DNA from: Mobula hypostoma | Taxonomy: Eukaryota | Length of the DNA stretch: 64,000 nt | Assembly (NCBI RefSeq): GCF_963921235.1 | Contig: NC_086108.1 | Span: 5,704,001 to 5,768,000 of the forward strand | Reading direction: 5' to 3' | Shown: one piece after another, positions 1-12,652 of the stretch | Layout: each line of letters starts with the position of its first letter | Numbering within the stretch: position 1 is the stretch's first letter | Position numbers and translations under genes: made by a program | Notes under the pieces: model-generated | What the model saw: only the letters and a program-made list of their open reading frames with translations | Databases searched by the model: none | What the model was told of the DNA's origin: nothing

Positions 1-2005
1 GCCCTTCGAGCCTGCACCGCCAGTTATTATGATCATGGCTGATCATCCAACTCAGAACCCCGCCCCAGCCTTCCCTCCATACCCCCTGACCCCCGTAGCC
101 ACAAGGGCCATATCTAACTCCCTCTTAAATATAGCCAATGAACTGGCCTCAACTGTTTCCTGTGGCAGAGAATTCCACAGATTCACCACTCTCTGCGTGA
201 AGAAGTTTTTCCTAATCTCGATCCTAAAAGGCTTCCCCTTTATCCTCAAACTGTGACCCCTCGTTCTGGACTTCTCCAACATTGGGAACAATCTTCCTGC
301 ATCTAGCCTGTCCAATCCCTTTAGGATTTTATACGTTTCAATCAGATCCCCCCTCAATCTTCTAAATTCCAACGAGTATAAGCCTAGTTCATCCAGTCTT
401 TCTTCATATGAAAGTCCTGCCATCCCAGGAATCAATCTGGTGAACCTTCTTTGTACTCCCTCTATGGCAAGAATGTCTTTCTTCAGATTAGGGGACCAAA
501 ACTGCACACAATACTCCAGGTGTGGTCTCACCAAGGCATTGTACAACTGCAGTAGTACCTCCCTGCTCCTGTACTCGAATCCTCTCGCTATAAATGCCAG
601 CATACCATTCACCTTTTTCACCGCCTGCTGTACCTGCATGCCCACTTTCAATGACTGGTGTATAATGACACCCAGGTCTCGTTGCACTTCCCCTTTTCCT
701 AATCGGCCACCATTCAGATAATAATCTGTTTTCCTATTTTTGCCACCAAAGTGGATAACTTCACATTTATCCACATTAAATTGCATCTGCCATGAATTTG
801 CCCACTCACCCAACCTATCCAAGTCACCCTGCATCCTCTTAGCATCCTCCTCACAGCTGACACTGCCACCCAGCTTCGTGTCATCCGCAAACTTGGAGAT
901 GCTGCATTTAATTCCCTCATCCAAGTCATTAATATATATTGTAAACAACTGGGGTCCCAGCACTGAGCCTTGCAGTACCCCACTAGTCACTGCCTGCCAT
1001 TCTGAAAAGGTCCCGTTTATTCTCACTCTTTGCTTCCTGTCTGCTAACCAATTCTCTATCCACATCAATACCTTACCCCCAATACCATGTGCTTTAAGTT
1101 TACACACTAATCTCTAATCTCCTGTGTGGAACCTTGTCAAAAGCCTTTTGAAAATCCAAATATACCACATCCACTGGTTCTCCCCTATCCACTCTACTAG
1201 TTACATCCCCATAAAATTCTATGAGATTCGTCAGACATGATTTTCCTTTCACAAATCCATGCTAACTTTGTCCGATGATTTCACTGCTTTCCAAATGTGC
1301 TGTTATCACATCTTTGATAACTGACTCCAGCAGTTTCCCCACCACCGACGTTAGGCTAACCGGTCTATAATTCCCCGGTTTCTCTCTCCCTCCTTTTTTA
1401 AAAAGTGGGGTTACATTAGCCACCCTCCAATCCTCAGGAACTAGTCCAGAATCTAACGAGTTTTGAAAAATTATCACTAATGCATCCACTATTTCTTGGG
1501 CTACTTCCTTAAGCACTCTGGGATGCAGACCATCTGGCCCTGGGGATTTATCTGCCTTTAATCCCTTCAATTTACCTAACACCACTTCCCTACTAACATG
1601 TATTTCGCTCAGTTCCTCCATCTCACTGGACCCTCTGTCCCCTACTATTTCGGGAAGATTATTTATGTCCTCCTTAGCGAAGACAGAACCAAAGTAATTA
1701 TTCAATTGGTCTGCCATGTCCTTGCTGCCCATAATCAATTCACCTGTTTCTGTCTGTAGGGGACCTACATTTGTCTTTACCAGTCTTTTCCTTTTTACAT
1801 ATCTATAAAAGCTTTTACAGTCAGTTTTTATGTTCCCTGCCAGTTTTCTCTCATAATCTTTTTTCCCCTTCCTAATTAAGCCCTTTGTCCTCCTCTGCTG
1901 AACTCTGAATTTCTCCCAGTCCTCAGGTGAGCCACTTTTTCTGGCTAATTTGTATGCTTCTTCTTTGGAATTGATACTATCCCTAATTTCTCTTGTCAGC
2001 CACGG
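1..2005 (-). mobile_element. CR1 LINE, 5'-truncated, RT ORF2 disrupted
   Basis: ORFs 52-1107 and 1262-2041 carry RT motifs (GNYRPVSLTS, QGSVLGP, KFADDTK, LVRPHLEYCVQFW). A 7-bp duplication (ctaatct) near 1107-1120, an indel near 1205 and a stop at 1262 break the frame. Near-identical to the 37.5-39.5 kb copy. Confidence 0.95.
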
Positions 2006-3564
2006 ACAATCATGCTCTTTCACTATGATAGTTTTCAGCAATTTTTTCTACAGAAGTGGTTTGCCATTGTCTTCTTCTGGACAGAGTCTTATTGACCCAG
2101 CCATTATCAATACTCTTCAGAGACTGTCTGCCTGCCTGATTTCTTGCTCAGTCAGTGCATGAAGGGATATGTGAAGAAGGCTGGAGCTTCTTCCCTCTGG
2201 CCATTAGGCTCCTGAACTCCACTTGAACTGTCACCGGTTAATCTGCTCTGTACCTGGCGATATTTAATTTATGCACTTTAGTTTGTGCATAATTCATTTG
2301 TAGATTTTATCCGTACTTTCCTAAGTTATTGTTTGTTATATGTGTTATGTGTACTACTGTGCTTTACACCCTGGTCTAGAGAAACGTCGTCTCATTTGAC
2401 GGTGTAATGTCTATAGTTAAATGACAGTAGAATTGACTTGACTCAAAAGCTGCAGACAGAATGGACAAACTCAACACAGAAAGCACCCAAGATTGAGACT
2501 GAACCTGGGTCACCACCTCTGTGAGGCATTGGCTCCACCAGCTGTGCCATCTTGATGCCCCTGGTGATCCTGTCGGAGAACCCGAGCAGTCAGATGTGGT
2601 GCCTCTCTGTACACTTCTATTCCCCGCTCTTACCTTTCGCTTCTTCTTACCTCCCCCGGTCCCCTCCTCCTTCTGTTTCTACTGCGGTCCATTTTCCGCT
2701 CCTATCACATTCTTTCTTCCTTGACCTTTCCCACCAGCCTGGCCTATCACCTTCCAACTCCACCACCCCACCTTTTTATTCTGGCATCTTCCCCCTTCCT
2801 TCTCAGTCCTGAAGAGCAGTGTTGGCCCAAAACGTCGACTGTTTTTTCATTTCCATGGATGCTGCCTGCCCCCATACCTGGAGCTCCCCCAGCACTCTGT
2901 GTGTGTGTGTGTGTTTACATGTACACCTGTTACTGGCCTCCATCTTTTTCCACCACATTTGTCATCAAGCTGAGGTCAGACCTCAAAGCCGGATGACGGT
3001 TGGAGCCTCCTTCCTCGTACTTGAGGGCCAGCCCTTAGCCATGAGCTTTAGTGGTGTCCGCCTGCCTTTGTGCTCCTCCAAACCTTTTTAAGACGGCTCC
3101 TCCACCGTACCCCTGGGGTGGTGGTCTTCTACTTGATGTCGTCTTTTTGAAAGTGGAACTCCAGGGCAGCATGGTAGCGGTTGGTGTAACACTTCACAGC
3201 GCCGACTGTAAGATCACCGCTGTACAGAGTTGATACGTTCTCACCATGACTGTGTGGGTTTACTCCACGTGCTCCAGTTTCCTCCTGCATACCACAGACC
3301 TACAGGTTAGGATTAATGAGTTGTGGGCATGCTGTGTTGGTGTCAAGGTGACACTTGCGGGCTGCCCCCGGCACATCCTTGGACTGTGGTTGCTGACGCG
3401 TTTCACCTTATGATTCAATGTACATGTGACAAATAAAATTTTATGAATGTATAAACACAAGAGATTCTGCAGATGCTGGAAACCCAGAGCAACACACGCA
3501 AAACGCTGGAGTTCAGGCAGCATCTGTGGAGAGGAATAAACAGTTGACTCTTTGGGCTAAGACC

Positions 3565-4360
3565 CTTCAAGTTCAAAGTAAGTTTATCAAAGTACATCTA
3601 TGTCACCATATACAACCCTAAGATTCATTTTCTTGTGGGTATGCTCAATAAATCCATAATAGAATAATAACCATAACAGAATGAAAGACTGGCCAGCTTG
3701 CAACAAACTGCAAATATAAAAAGAAAGAAATAATAATAAATAAAAAGCAATAAATATCAAGAACATGAGATCGAGACTTTGAAAGTGTGTCTGTAGGTTG
3801 TGGGAATACTTTAATGATGGGGCGAGTGAAGTTATCCCCTTTGGTTCAAGAGCCTGATAGTTGAAAAGTAGCAATTGTTCCTGAACCTGGTGGTGTGAGC
3901 CCTGAGGCTCCTGTATCTCCTTCCTGATGGCAGCAGCGAGAAGAAACATGACCTGGGTGGTGGGGGTCCCTGATGATGGATGCTACTTTCCTTTGACTTG
4001 TTTCGTGTAGATGTGCTCAATGGTGGGGAGACCTTTACCCATTTTGGACTGGGACATATACACTACATTTGTAGGCTTTCCTGTTCAAGGGCATTGGTGT
4101 TTACATACCAGGATGTGTTGCAGCCAGTCAATCTAAACTCCACCACACATCTGTAGAATTTTGTCAGAGTTTTAGATGTCATGCCGAATCTTCGCGAACT
4201 GCTAAAATTTTCGTAATTGCACTTGCAAGATGGGCCCAGGACAGGTCCTGTGAAATAATGACACCGAGGAATTTAGAGTTGCTGACCCTCTCCACCTCTG
4301 ACCCTCGATGAGGACTGGCTCATGGACCTCAAGTCATCTCCTCCTGAAGTCAATAACCAT
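3565..4360 (-). mobile_element. Old Rex/Babar-type LINE 3' fragment
   Basis: FSLLPSGRRYRSLRAHTTRFRNN motif; (ttcaaag) tail. Confidence 0.7.
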
Positions 4361-4717
4361 ATGCACAGTTGTGAAGGGATGTCTCTGAACAGGTTAAGGG
4401 GTGGATGTGTCGCTGTAAGGAGATTGGATAGACTAGGACAGATTTCTTTGGAACAGAAGGAAGTGAGGGTGGATCTGATTAAAAAAATTTACAAAATCCT
4501 AAGGGCATAGATAGTGTTCAGTACATGTCATCGTGGCTCCAAGTGCTGTTTTCACAAGGTTCTCCCGAGGACCACATGAGTGTCCCTAAGACCACATTGG
4601 TTAGTTCCCACTGTAATATCCCCCTGCTGTGTAAATGAGTGGCAGAATGTGGGGAAAACAATAAGATCGCTGTAGGGTTAGTAATTGGTTGCTGGAGACA
4701 ATGTTCATTTCTAATGA

Positions 4718-7658
4718 CACTGGACAACAATTTTTTCCTAAAGTGTTGCTTCCTCAATTTTTTTTGTTTATGATAGACCAGTTGAAGCTGAACTCAAATA
4801 TAATTTTGGACTACTTGTATCACGTTGGAATTTAGAGAAACAAGAAATTAATTTTATTGAATATAATGTGTTTAATTGCATAATGGTTTTAACACTTTGC
4901 AATAGTTCAACAAAGATAAAGATGATTTGTTGATGATTTTCATTTGTGCTCAGTGTCTGAGGCTTCTCGCTTAAGTGTCCAACAATAATCAGTCAACATT
5001 GATGGATTCCAGTTGCCTGATACACTTGCCCATTCACCTCCTCCATCACCTCCATCAAGGCCCCAAGTAGTCCTTCCAGGCAAGGCAATATTTCACCCAT
5101 GAATCTGTTGGGGTCATCTATTGTGTCTGGTGAGACCTGTTGTAAATTGGGGTGTCCAACAATAATCAGCCAGCATTGATGGATTCCAGTTGCCCTGATA
5201 CCGTTTCTCCATGACCACAATGTCCTGGTGAAACCTTTCACCATGCTCGTCACTGACAACGCCAAGATTTGCAGGGAAGGAGTCTAAATGGGAATGCAGA
5301 AAATGAATCTTTGGTGACATGTTGCACTTCATGGTTTTGTGTGCTTGAAACATGTCGTCAAACATGTAATTTGGTGCTCTGTAGTTGCCAAGAAAATTTT
5401 CAACAACATCCTTGAATGCCTTCCATGTGATTTTCTCCAGTCCCACTAGAAGTTCTTTGAATTAGCTGTTACCGATGACTACAGACTTTATTAAAACAGC
5501 TGTGGATGACTGTGTCCCCATGAAATCGACCAGGAGCCCATTCAGAAGCCCCGGATGAACAATGAAATCTGGAATCTGCTGAGAGCCATATCAGAGGCAT
5601 TCAAGTCTGGAGATCAAGAATGCTACAAGAGGTGCAGGTATGATCTCCAGAAAGCCATCTCTCGGGCAAGGTAAAGATTCTGGAAAAAAACTGGAATCGA
5701 CAAGGGATGTTCGACAGCTGTGGTATGGTTTGAATGCTGCAACCTCCTACAAAGTTAAATCTAGTGACATAGGGAGCTTCGCTTCCAGATGAACTCAATG
5801 CGTTCTATGCTCGCTTCAACCACGAGAACAGGGAGGAACCATCACGCACCCCTCTGTCTCCCTTTAGTCCTTTAGTCTCTGTATCTGAAGATGGCATGTG
5901 GGCTGTCTTCAAGGGAGTGAATCCAAGGAAGACATCTGATCCGGATGGAGTACCTGGCTGAGTTTTGAAGACTAGTGCTGACCAGCTGGCTGGTGTATCA
6001 AAGATACCTTCAACATCTCGCTCTGGCAGTGTGTGGTACCCACCTGCTTCAGGCAGGCTTCAATCATATTGGTGCCCAAGAAGAGCATGGTAACCTGTCT
6101 AAATGACTATTGCCCAGTGGCACTTACATCCACAGCGATAGAGTGTTTCGAAAGGCTGGTATTGATCAGTTCCTGTTGGACTGGTGACTTGTGTTCACTC
6201 CAATTCATCTAATGAAGCAACAGGTCTACAGCAGATGCTATCTTGTTGGCTCTCCCAAACCTGGAACATCTGCACAGCAAAGATGCATGCATCAGGATGC
6301 TCTCTATCAATTACAACTCAGTATTTAACATCATCCCCTCTAAAGTGATCAGTAAACTCCAAGACCTGGGCCTCAATACAAACACCCTCCCCCACCCCCT
6401 GCCTTCTGCAATTGGATCCTGGATTTCAGATTCGGTTTGGCAAAAACATCTCCACCACAATGTCCATCTGCACAGGAGCACCACAGGGATGTGTGCTTAG
6501 CCCCCTGCTGTACTCACTCTACCCCTATGACTGTGTGGTTAAGTACAGCTCCAACACCATATACTAGTTTGCTGATGACACCACTGCTATGGGCTGTATC
6601 AAAGGGGGTGATGAATCAGCCTACAGGAGGGAGATTGAAAAGTTGGCTAAGTGGTGGCAACCACAACAAGCTCTCACTCAATGTCAGTAAGAACGAGGAA
6701 CTGATTGTGGACTTCAGGAGAGGGAAACCCGGGGTCCATGAGCTAGCACTTACCAGAGGATCAGCGGTCGAGAGGGTCGGTAACTTTAAATTCCTGGGTG
6801 TCACTATCTCTGAGGACCTGCCTTGGACCCAACGTATAAATATAATTGCATAGAAAGCACGACAGCGCCTCTACTTCCTCAGGCGTCTGTGACGGTTTGT
6901 CACGTCGTCAAAAATATTGGTAGTCTTCTATAGATTTGTGGTGGAAAGAGTGCTGACTGGCTGTATTGCGGCCTGGTATGGAAACACCAAGGCTTTTGAG
7001 TGGAAAATCCTACAAAAGTTGGTGGATTCGACCCAATACGTCATAGGTAAAACCTCCCAACCATTGAGCACATCTACCTGAAACCTTGCTGCAGAAGAGC
7101 AGCATCCATCATCAAAGATCCTCACCAGACCATCAGGTAGAAGGTACAAGAGAATTAGGACTCACACCACTAGGTTCAAGAACAGTTACTACCCCTCAAC
7201 CATCATCGGCTTGAATAAAAGAGGATAACTACACTCCTTTAAGGACAGTTTTATCTTGTTATTTCATGCTCGTTATTTATTGCTATTTGTATATTATTTG
7301 CATTTGCGCAGTTTATTCAGTTTACAGTTCCTGATGATTACATACCCTGTTTAGTTACTGTTCTATAGATTTGCTAAGATTACCCGCAAAAAAAAAGACT
7401 CTTGGGGTTGTAAGTGGTGACATGTACTGAATGTACTCCAATAATAAATTTTACTTTGAACTTTGACCTGATTTGGGAGCCAATAAACATGCCTTCCTTA
7501 ATCTTGGCACCAGTTGAATTACGAATTGAAATAACAAAGGCAATTAAAAAAAAAGTAGTGTGTGATATGGAGAATTCACGGTGATTTTTCATGATCAGCT
7601 GCCCAAAATCCATAAGATTCATCCAAAAGTATTCAGGAAGCAAAGTTCTTCTGTCCAT
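4718..7658 (-). mobile_element. Chapaev-like (CMC) DNA transposon remnant, interrupted by a Rex1/Babar LINE and a Penelope fragment
   Basis: Starts CACTG. ORF 5114-5446 has the transposase C-terminal motif KIHFLHSHLDSFPANLGVVSDEHGERFHQDI...MLADYCW. Colinear with the uninterrupted copy at 33560-34303 and resumes at ~7466. Family assignment is from recalled motifs. Confidence 0.7.
5478..7465 (+). mobile_element. Rex1/Babar-type LINE, degenerate, 5'-truncated
   Basis: Broken RT (VPTCFRQASIILVPKK..CLNDYCPVALTS, FADDT, LNVSKNEELIVDFRR, NFKFLGVTISEDL). 3' tail aataaa..tttgaactttga. Confidence 0.85.
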
Positions 7659-8344
7659 TTTTTTTTAAAGGTTGTGCAGGCCAACCATTGCTCTGAGCAG
7701 GAAATTATAATGCTTTAAATGTTTCTTTTTCTTGTAATATGCATACTGTGAATATTTAGAATGAGAATTGAAACCACATACTTTATTAATTGAGGGGTGT
7801 AATTGAATAACATTACAAAAACAAATCCTTCACATTTCATAAATTTTTAAACTTAGACGGTGTTGGTGGGCCAATGGCTTATTAACAATGAGCTGCTGAC
7901 TTCTATTCTGTGTTTATTGTTAAAATTTGTAACGGTGTTGTAGCTTGAAACACTGACAATGCAAATTTCAAAGTAAAGCTTGTAGTACATTTATTATTTA
8001 GAAAATTTATGTATTTCACTATTGCATTAACATAGATTTCAAAATTATTTTAGTATAATTTCAAGCTTGTATTAACATTATTTAAAAGAAAATTCTAGAT
8101 GTGTGGCAACGAAGGCTATGTGCACAGGAGCATTTCAGTTATTGCGTGGCTGTGCAGCCATGCAGCTTAGGGGTAACGGTGCTTGTAGAGTCCATCTCAG
8201 AAGCAAGCCCTCTGGTCCATGTGGGTTTGATGCTCTGAACTTTATCTCCCTGCTTAATAATTACACTGGACAGTTTCTCAATTAGATTATAAAACCATTT
8301 TGTGGACAGAGTATCAAACCCACGTGGACCAGAGGGTCCATGTT

Positions 8345-9245
8345 CATGGTAAATTTTATTATCAGAGTTCATATATGTACCGCATACAGCCCTGTGATTC
8401 ATTTTTCTGTGGGCATACTCAGCAAATCTATAGAATTTTAACTATAACAGGATCAATAAAAGATCAGCCAGAGTGTAGAAGATGGCAAACTGCAAATGCA
8501 AATTTAAGTAGCATTAAATAACAAAAACATGAGATAATGAGATAGAGTCCTTAAAGGGAGATCATTGGTTGTGGGAACATCTCAATAGATGAGCAAGTGA
8601 GTGTAGTCATCCCCTTTTGTTCAAGAGCCTGATGGTTGAGGGGTCGGAACGGTTCTTGAATCTGGTGGTGTGAGTCCTGAGGCTCTCGTACCTTCTACCT
8701 GATGGCAGCTGCAAGAAGAGAGCATGACCTGGGTGGTGAGGATCTGTGATGGATGCTGCTTTTCTTCAATAGCGTTTCATGTGGATGTGCCCAGTGGTTG
8801 AGAGGGCTTTACCTGTGATGTACTGGGCCGAATCCACTACCTTTCATAGGCTTTTCTGTTCAAGGGCATTGGTGTTTCCATACCAGGCTGTGATGCAGCC
8901 AGTCAATATACCCTCCAACACACATCTATAGACATTTGTCAAAGTTGCTGATGTCATGTCAAATCTCCACAGACTCGTAAGGAAGTAGAGGCTTTCTTCG
9001 CAGTTGCACTTGCGTGCTGGGTCCGGGACAGATCCTCTGATATAATAACACCCGGGAATTTAAAGTTGCTGACCCTCCCCACCTCTGATCCTCCAGTGAA
9101 GACTGGCTCAGTGACCCCTGGTTTCCCTCTCCTCACGTCCATCATCAGTTCCTTGGTCATGCTGACATTGAGTGAGAGGTGGTTGTTATGACGCCATCAA
9201 CTAAATTTTCAGGCTCTCTCCTGTCTGCTGATTCATCACTGCCGT
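8345..9245 (-). mobile_element. Old Rex/Babar-type LINE 3' fragment
   Basis: TKELMMDVRRGKP...VSNFKFPGVIISEDL; homologous to 6600-7460. Confidence 0.7.
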
Positions 9246-12200
9246 TCATACGGCCCCCAGCGGGGTGGGGGTGTATTCAGCAAACTCCAGTATGATGTTG
9301 GAGCTGTGCTTGGGCACACAGAGAATGGAATCTTCCACTCCCTGTGAGATCTGCTTTTGGGAATTTTGGTTTTCTGTTTTCTTCTGACTGATGGTGTCTA
9401 ACAGTATTGCATGCCCTTCCTGTTGCTTAGTGACTGACGGTATTGATTTGGTGCAGTTTGCCCAGTCATCATTGAAGCCGGAACTTTGTTCAGAATCAGG
9501 ATTATTTTCACTGGCGTATTTGTTTTGTGGCAGCAGTACAATGCAATACTTCAAAAAAAAATTTTTTTTACTATGAATTAGATGTGCAAAACAATGAGGT
9601 AGTGTCCATGAAGCATTCAGAAATCTGATGGCAGAGGAGAAGAAGCTGTTCCTAGAACATTGAGTGTGTGTCTTCAGGCTCCTGTAGCTCCTCACTGGTG
9701 GTAGTAAAGAGATGAGGGCACGTCCTGGGTGATGCCAACTTCTTGTGGCATTTCCTTTTGAAGGTGACTTCAATGGTGAGGAGTTTAGTGCTCATGATTG
9801 AGTTAGCTGAGTCGACAGCCCTCTGCAGCATTCCTGATCCTGTCCATTAGCTCCTCCGTACCCGGCAGTGATGCTCCCACTCTGAATACTTTCCTCAGTA
9901 CCTCAGTCGAAGTGGAGTCTTTGACGTACTAGATCTCAAAACCCCCAAGGGGGCTGCTGGCGTGCCTCCTTCATAATTTCTCTCCCCATGAAAGGAGAGG
10001 CTGAGCAACCAAAAGACCCCATCAGTAACCACAGCCACCACCCACTCATGTCCATTTACAGCAGAACATGTGGGTCCTAGACTGACCCATACAGCCACTT
10101 TGGGGCCCAACGTTAAACATCCCTTTAGACACAGAGTTTCCCAACCTGGGGTCCACGCACCCCTCCATTCATGGTAGGAGTCCATGGCCTTAAAAATGTT
10201 GAGAATCCCTACTCTAGATGCTGAAAAATCCCAGGAGATCGGCAGTTTCTGAGATACTCAAACCACCCCATCTGGCACCAGCAACCCTTCCACAGTCAAA
10301 GTCCCTTAGATCACATGTCTACCCCATTCAGATGTTTGATCTGAACAACAACTGAACCTCTTGACCATGTCTGATAACTTTTCCGTACTGGGTTGCTGCC
10401 ACATGATTGGCTGATTAGACATTTGCATTAACAGGCAAGCGTACCTCATGAGGTGGCTATGGAGTGTAGCAAAGAGCAATAGCGCAGGTAAAAATGAGGC
10501 ACCAGGGATTAACTCTGAGGGGGAAAGAAAACCATTTAATAAAAGGTTAAGTCCTAAGCAAAGCACAAAAGCGAGCAGCAGGTTGTTGAGTGAAAGTCTC
10601 TTTAGCAGAAAGAGGTTGGGAGAAGGTCGTACTCGACGAGTGATCGCACAATCGGGCTTCTCAAGAGTACATCAAAAGCTAAATCTTTTATACACCAATA
10701 TTTACGGTAGAATCGGAGCGCGTTGCCTCCAATATTCCCCAGAAATTCAGGATTCCTTTGAAAAGACAGAACACGCCATCAATTAAGCTTGTCACCCCTA
10801 GCGAGAGAGCTCACATAGGCCTTGTACACAGCTACTGTAAGTACTTTATTTCTTTTTAGAAAGTATTTATTTATTTTTAATTACCTAAACACTTCTAACA
10901 TTGAGGCTCTGTCCTCGGCAGGAGGAGGGCTGTAATTTCTCATGTTTGACAGCCGGCTGAAGCCGTGAGTCACATCTTTGTGGACTCGAGCCCTGCTCTG
11001 TGATGGATTTGGCTGCAGCAGTACAAAAGCACCACTCATGTTATGTTTGAAGGGTGTGAATCCCATGTGGCCTGTTTCACCATTTATCTTGGGGTGGGGG
11101 GGAAAATGGTTTCATTTTTTTTTGTCGAATGCCACAGCCCCCTTTCCCAGCAGAGTAATCACAGATGTTGTTGAGTGACAGCCTGCTGGCATTTGGGTAG
11201 ACCCCAGGCTGTCCGTGACATAGCAGGTTATGTTTGCCTTGTCCCGAGGTAGCTGGTGTTTTGCCCTTGGCTTGTTCGAGGTGCTCTGAGGCATCAATCA
11301 GCTAATTTGTTAAACTCGCTTTCACGTTAGCAGACTTTTCTTTCGCTTTCTGAGCTGAATTCAGTATAGCCTGCTGCGGTGCCTTAAACATGACACTCAC
11401 CACGCATAAAGCCGCTATTGATACGTCAACGTGCGTGGCTCGCGGCCGGCGAGGTGTGAGGCTCTCGCAGCTCAGTCCGGCAGCCTCCAGTGCGCCGAGA
11501 GCTGGAATTTTGCAGTTAGGTCTGCGAGACTGACAGGTCTTCACTCTCTCCAAAGCTGCCCCTCCCCCACTGCCACAAACACTTGCTTCTCAACCTTCCA
11601 AAGGCATTCAGTCCATCAACGTCAAAAAATTCATGCCCATGTGTATTTCAATCTGGCTTGTCAAAGCTGAGGTGTTAATGGGTTCCCCTGCGGTGTCAAG
11701 TGCCACAGAAATTTGTCAGAGTGCGTATGTGCCAAGGTTCGATCTGTGTGCATTTGTTTCTGGGCAGAAGCAATAAATTGCATATTTGAATGCATGCAAG
11801 GACATCGGGCTCAGTCATTTCGTGTCACAGTGTTGCCCAAAAGAAATTAAGCTAAAACTTGAACAGCCTGGTCCCACGCATGCAGTTCCCAAGCTTTATC
11901 CCCCTGGGGTCGCCATGCACATGACCTGCTCATGCACGGGACTCGTCTAGCATCAGGTGCTCCACACACACTTTCACGTGGCACGCATTGATTTCACTTG
12001 CTGGTGCTGGAATACCAGTGTAGGGGGAAGCCACTCGTGCAGTCATGTGCCTTGTCTGCAGAGCGGAGGTGTTGTTTAATGGGGACTGTCATCCTGGAGT
12101 TGGGACTTTTAGCGACAGTGTGTACACTCAGTGGCCGGTGGGCATGTGATAAAGTTCAAGATCCGGTTTATTGTCAACTGACTGTACATGTATACAACCA

Positions 12201-12479
12201 AACGAAACAAGGTCCCTTTGGATTACAGTGCACCCACAAAACATGTATCACATTCTGCACATAAAACAGACTATTACCATAAATAACAAAATATAATTCC
12301 AAATCCATACGGTGCACAGTAGACAGCTGCAGCGACCAATTAACCTACCAACTGCTACGTCTTTCAACTGTGGGAGGAAACCGGAGAGGCCACGGGGAGG
12401 ACGTACAAACTGCTTACAGATGGCATTGGAATTGAACTCTGAACTCTGACACCCTGAATTGCAATTGCATCATGCTAAT

Positions 12480-12652
12480 TGCTACAATGACCAACTGGTA
12501 CGTCTTTGGACTGTGGGAGGAAACTGGAGCACCCGGAGGAAACCCACACAGTCACAGGGAGATCATACAAGCTCCTGATAGGAAGCGGTGGGAATTGAAC
12601 CTGGGTCGCCTGTACTGTAAAGCGTTGTGCTAACCACTATGCTACCGTGCCA
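12480..12652 (-). mobile_element. tRNA-derived V-SINE (HE1-like)
   Basis: A/B-box-like head (ggtagcatagtggttagc...ggttcaattccc) plus the V-domain gtgggtttcctccgggtgctccagtttcctcccacagtccaaagac. Other copies at ~3165-3440, 23770-24000, 24090-24270, 32930-33195, 41030-41410, 41965-42160 and 57045-57310. Confidence 0.75.

Noticed and set aside
10780..10845. SMOC1 first (signal peptide) exon ending at gtaagt
   Set aside because: No upstream ATG-initiated hydrophobic signal peptide in frame; exon 1 probably lies upstream of the window.
12560..12652. tRNA gene
   Set aside because: The A/B boxes belong to a tRNA-derived SINE head; there is no complete cloverleaf.
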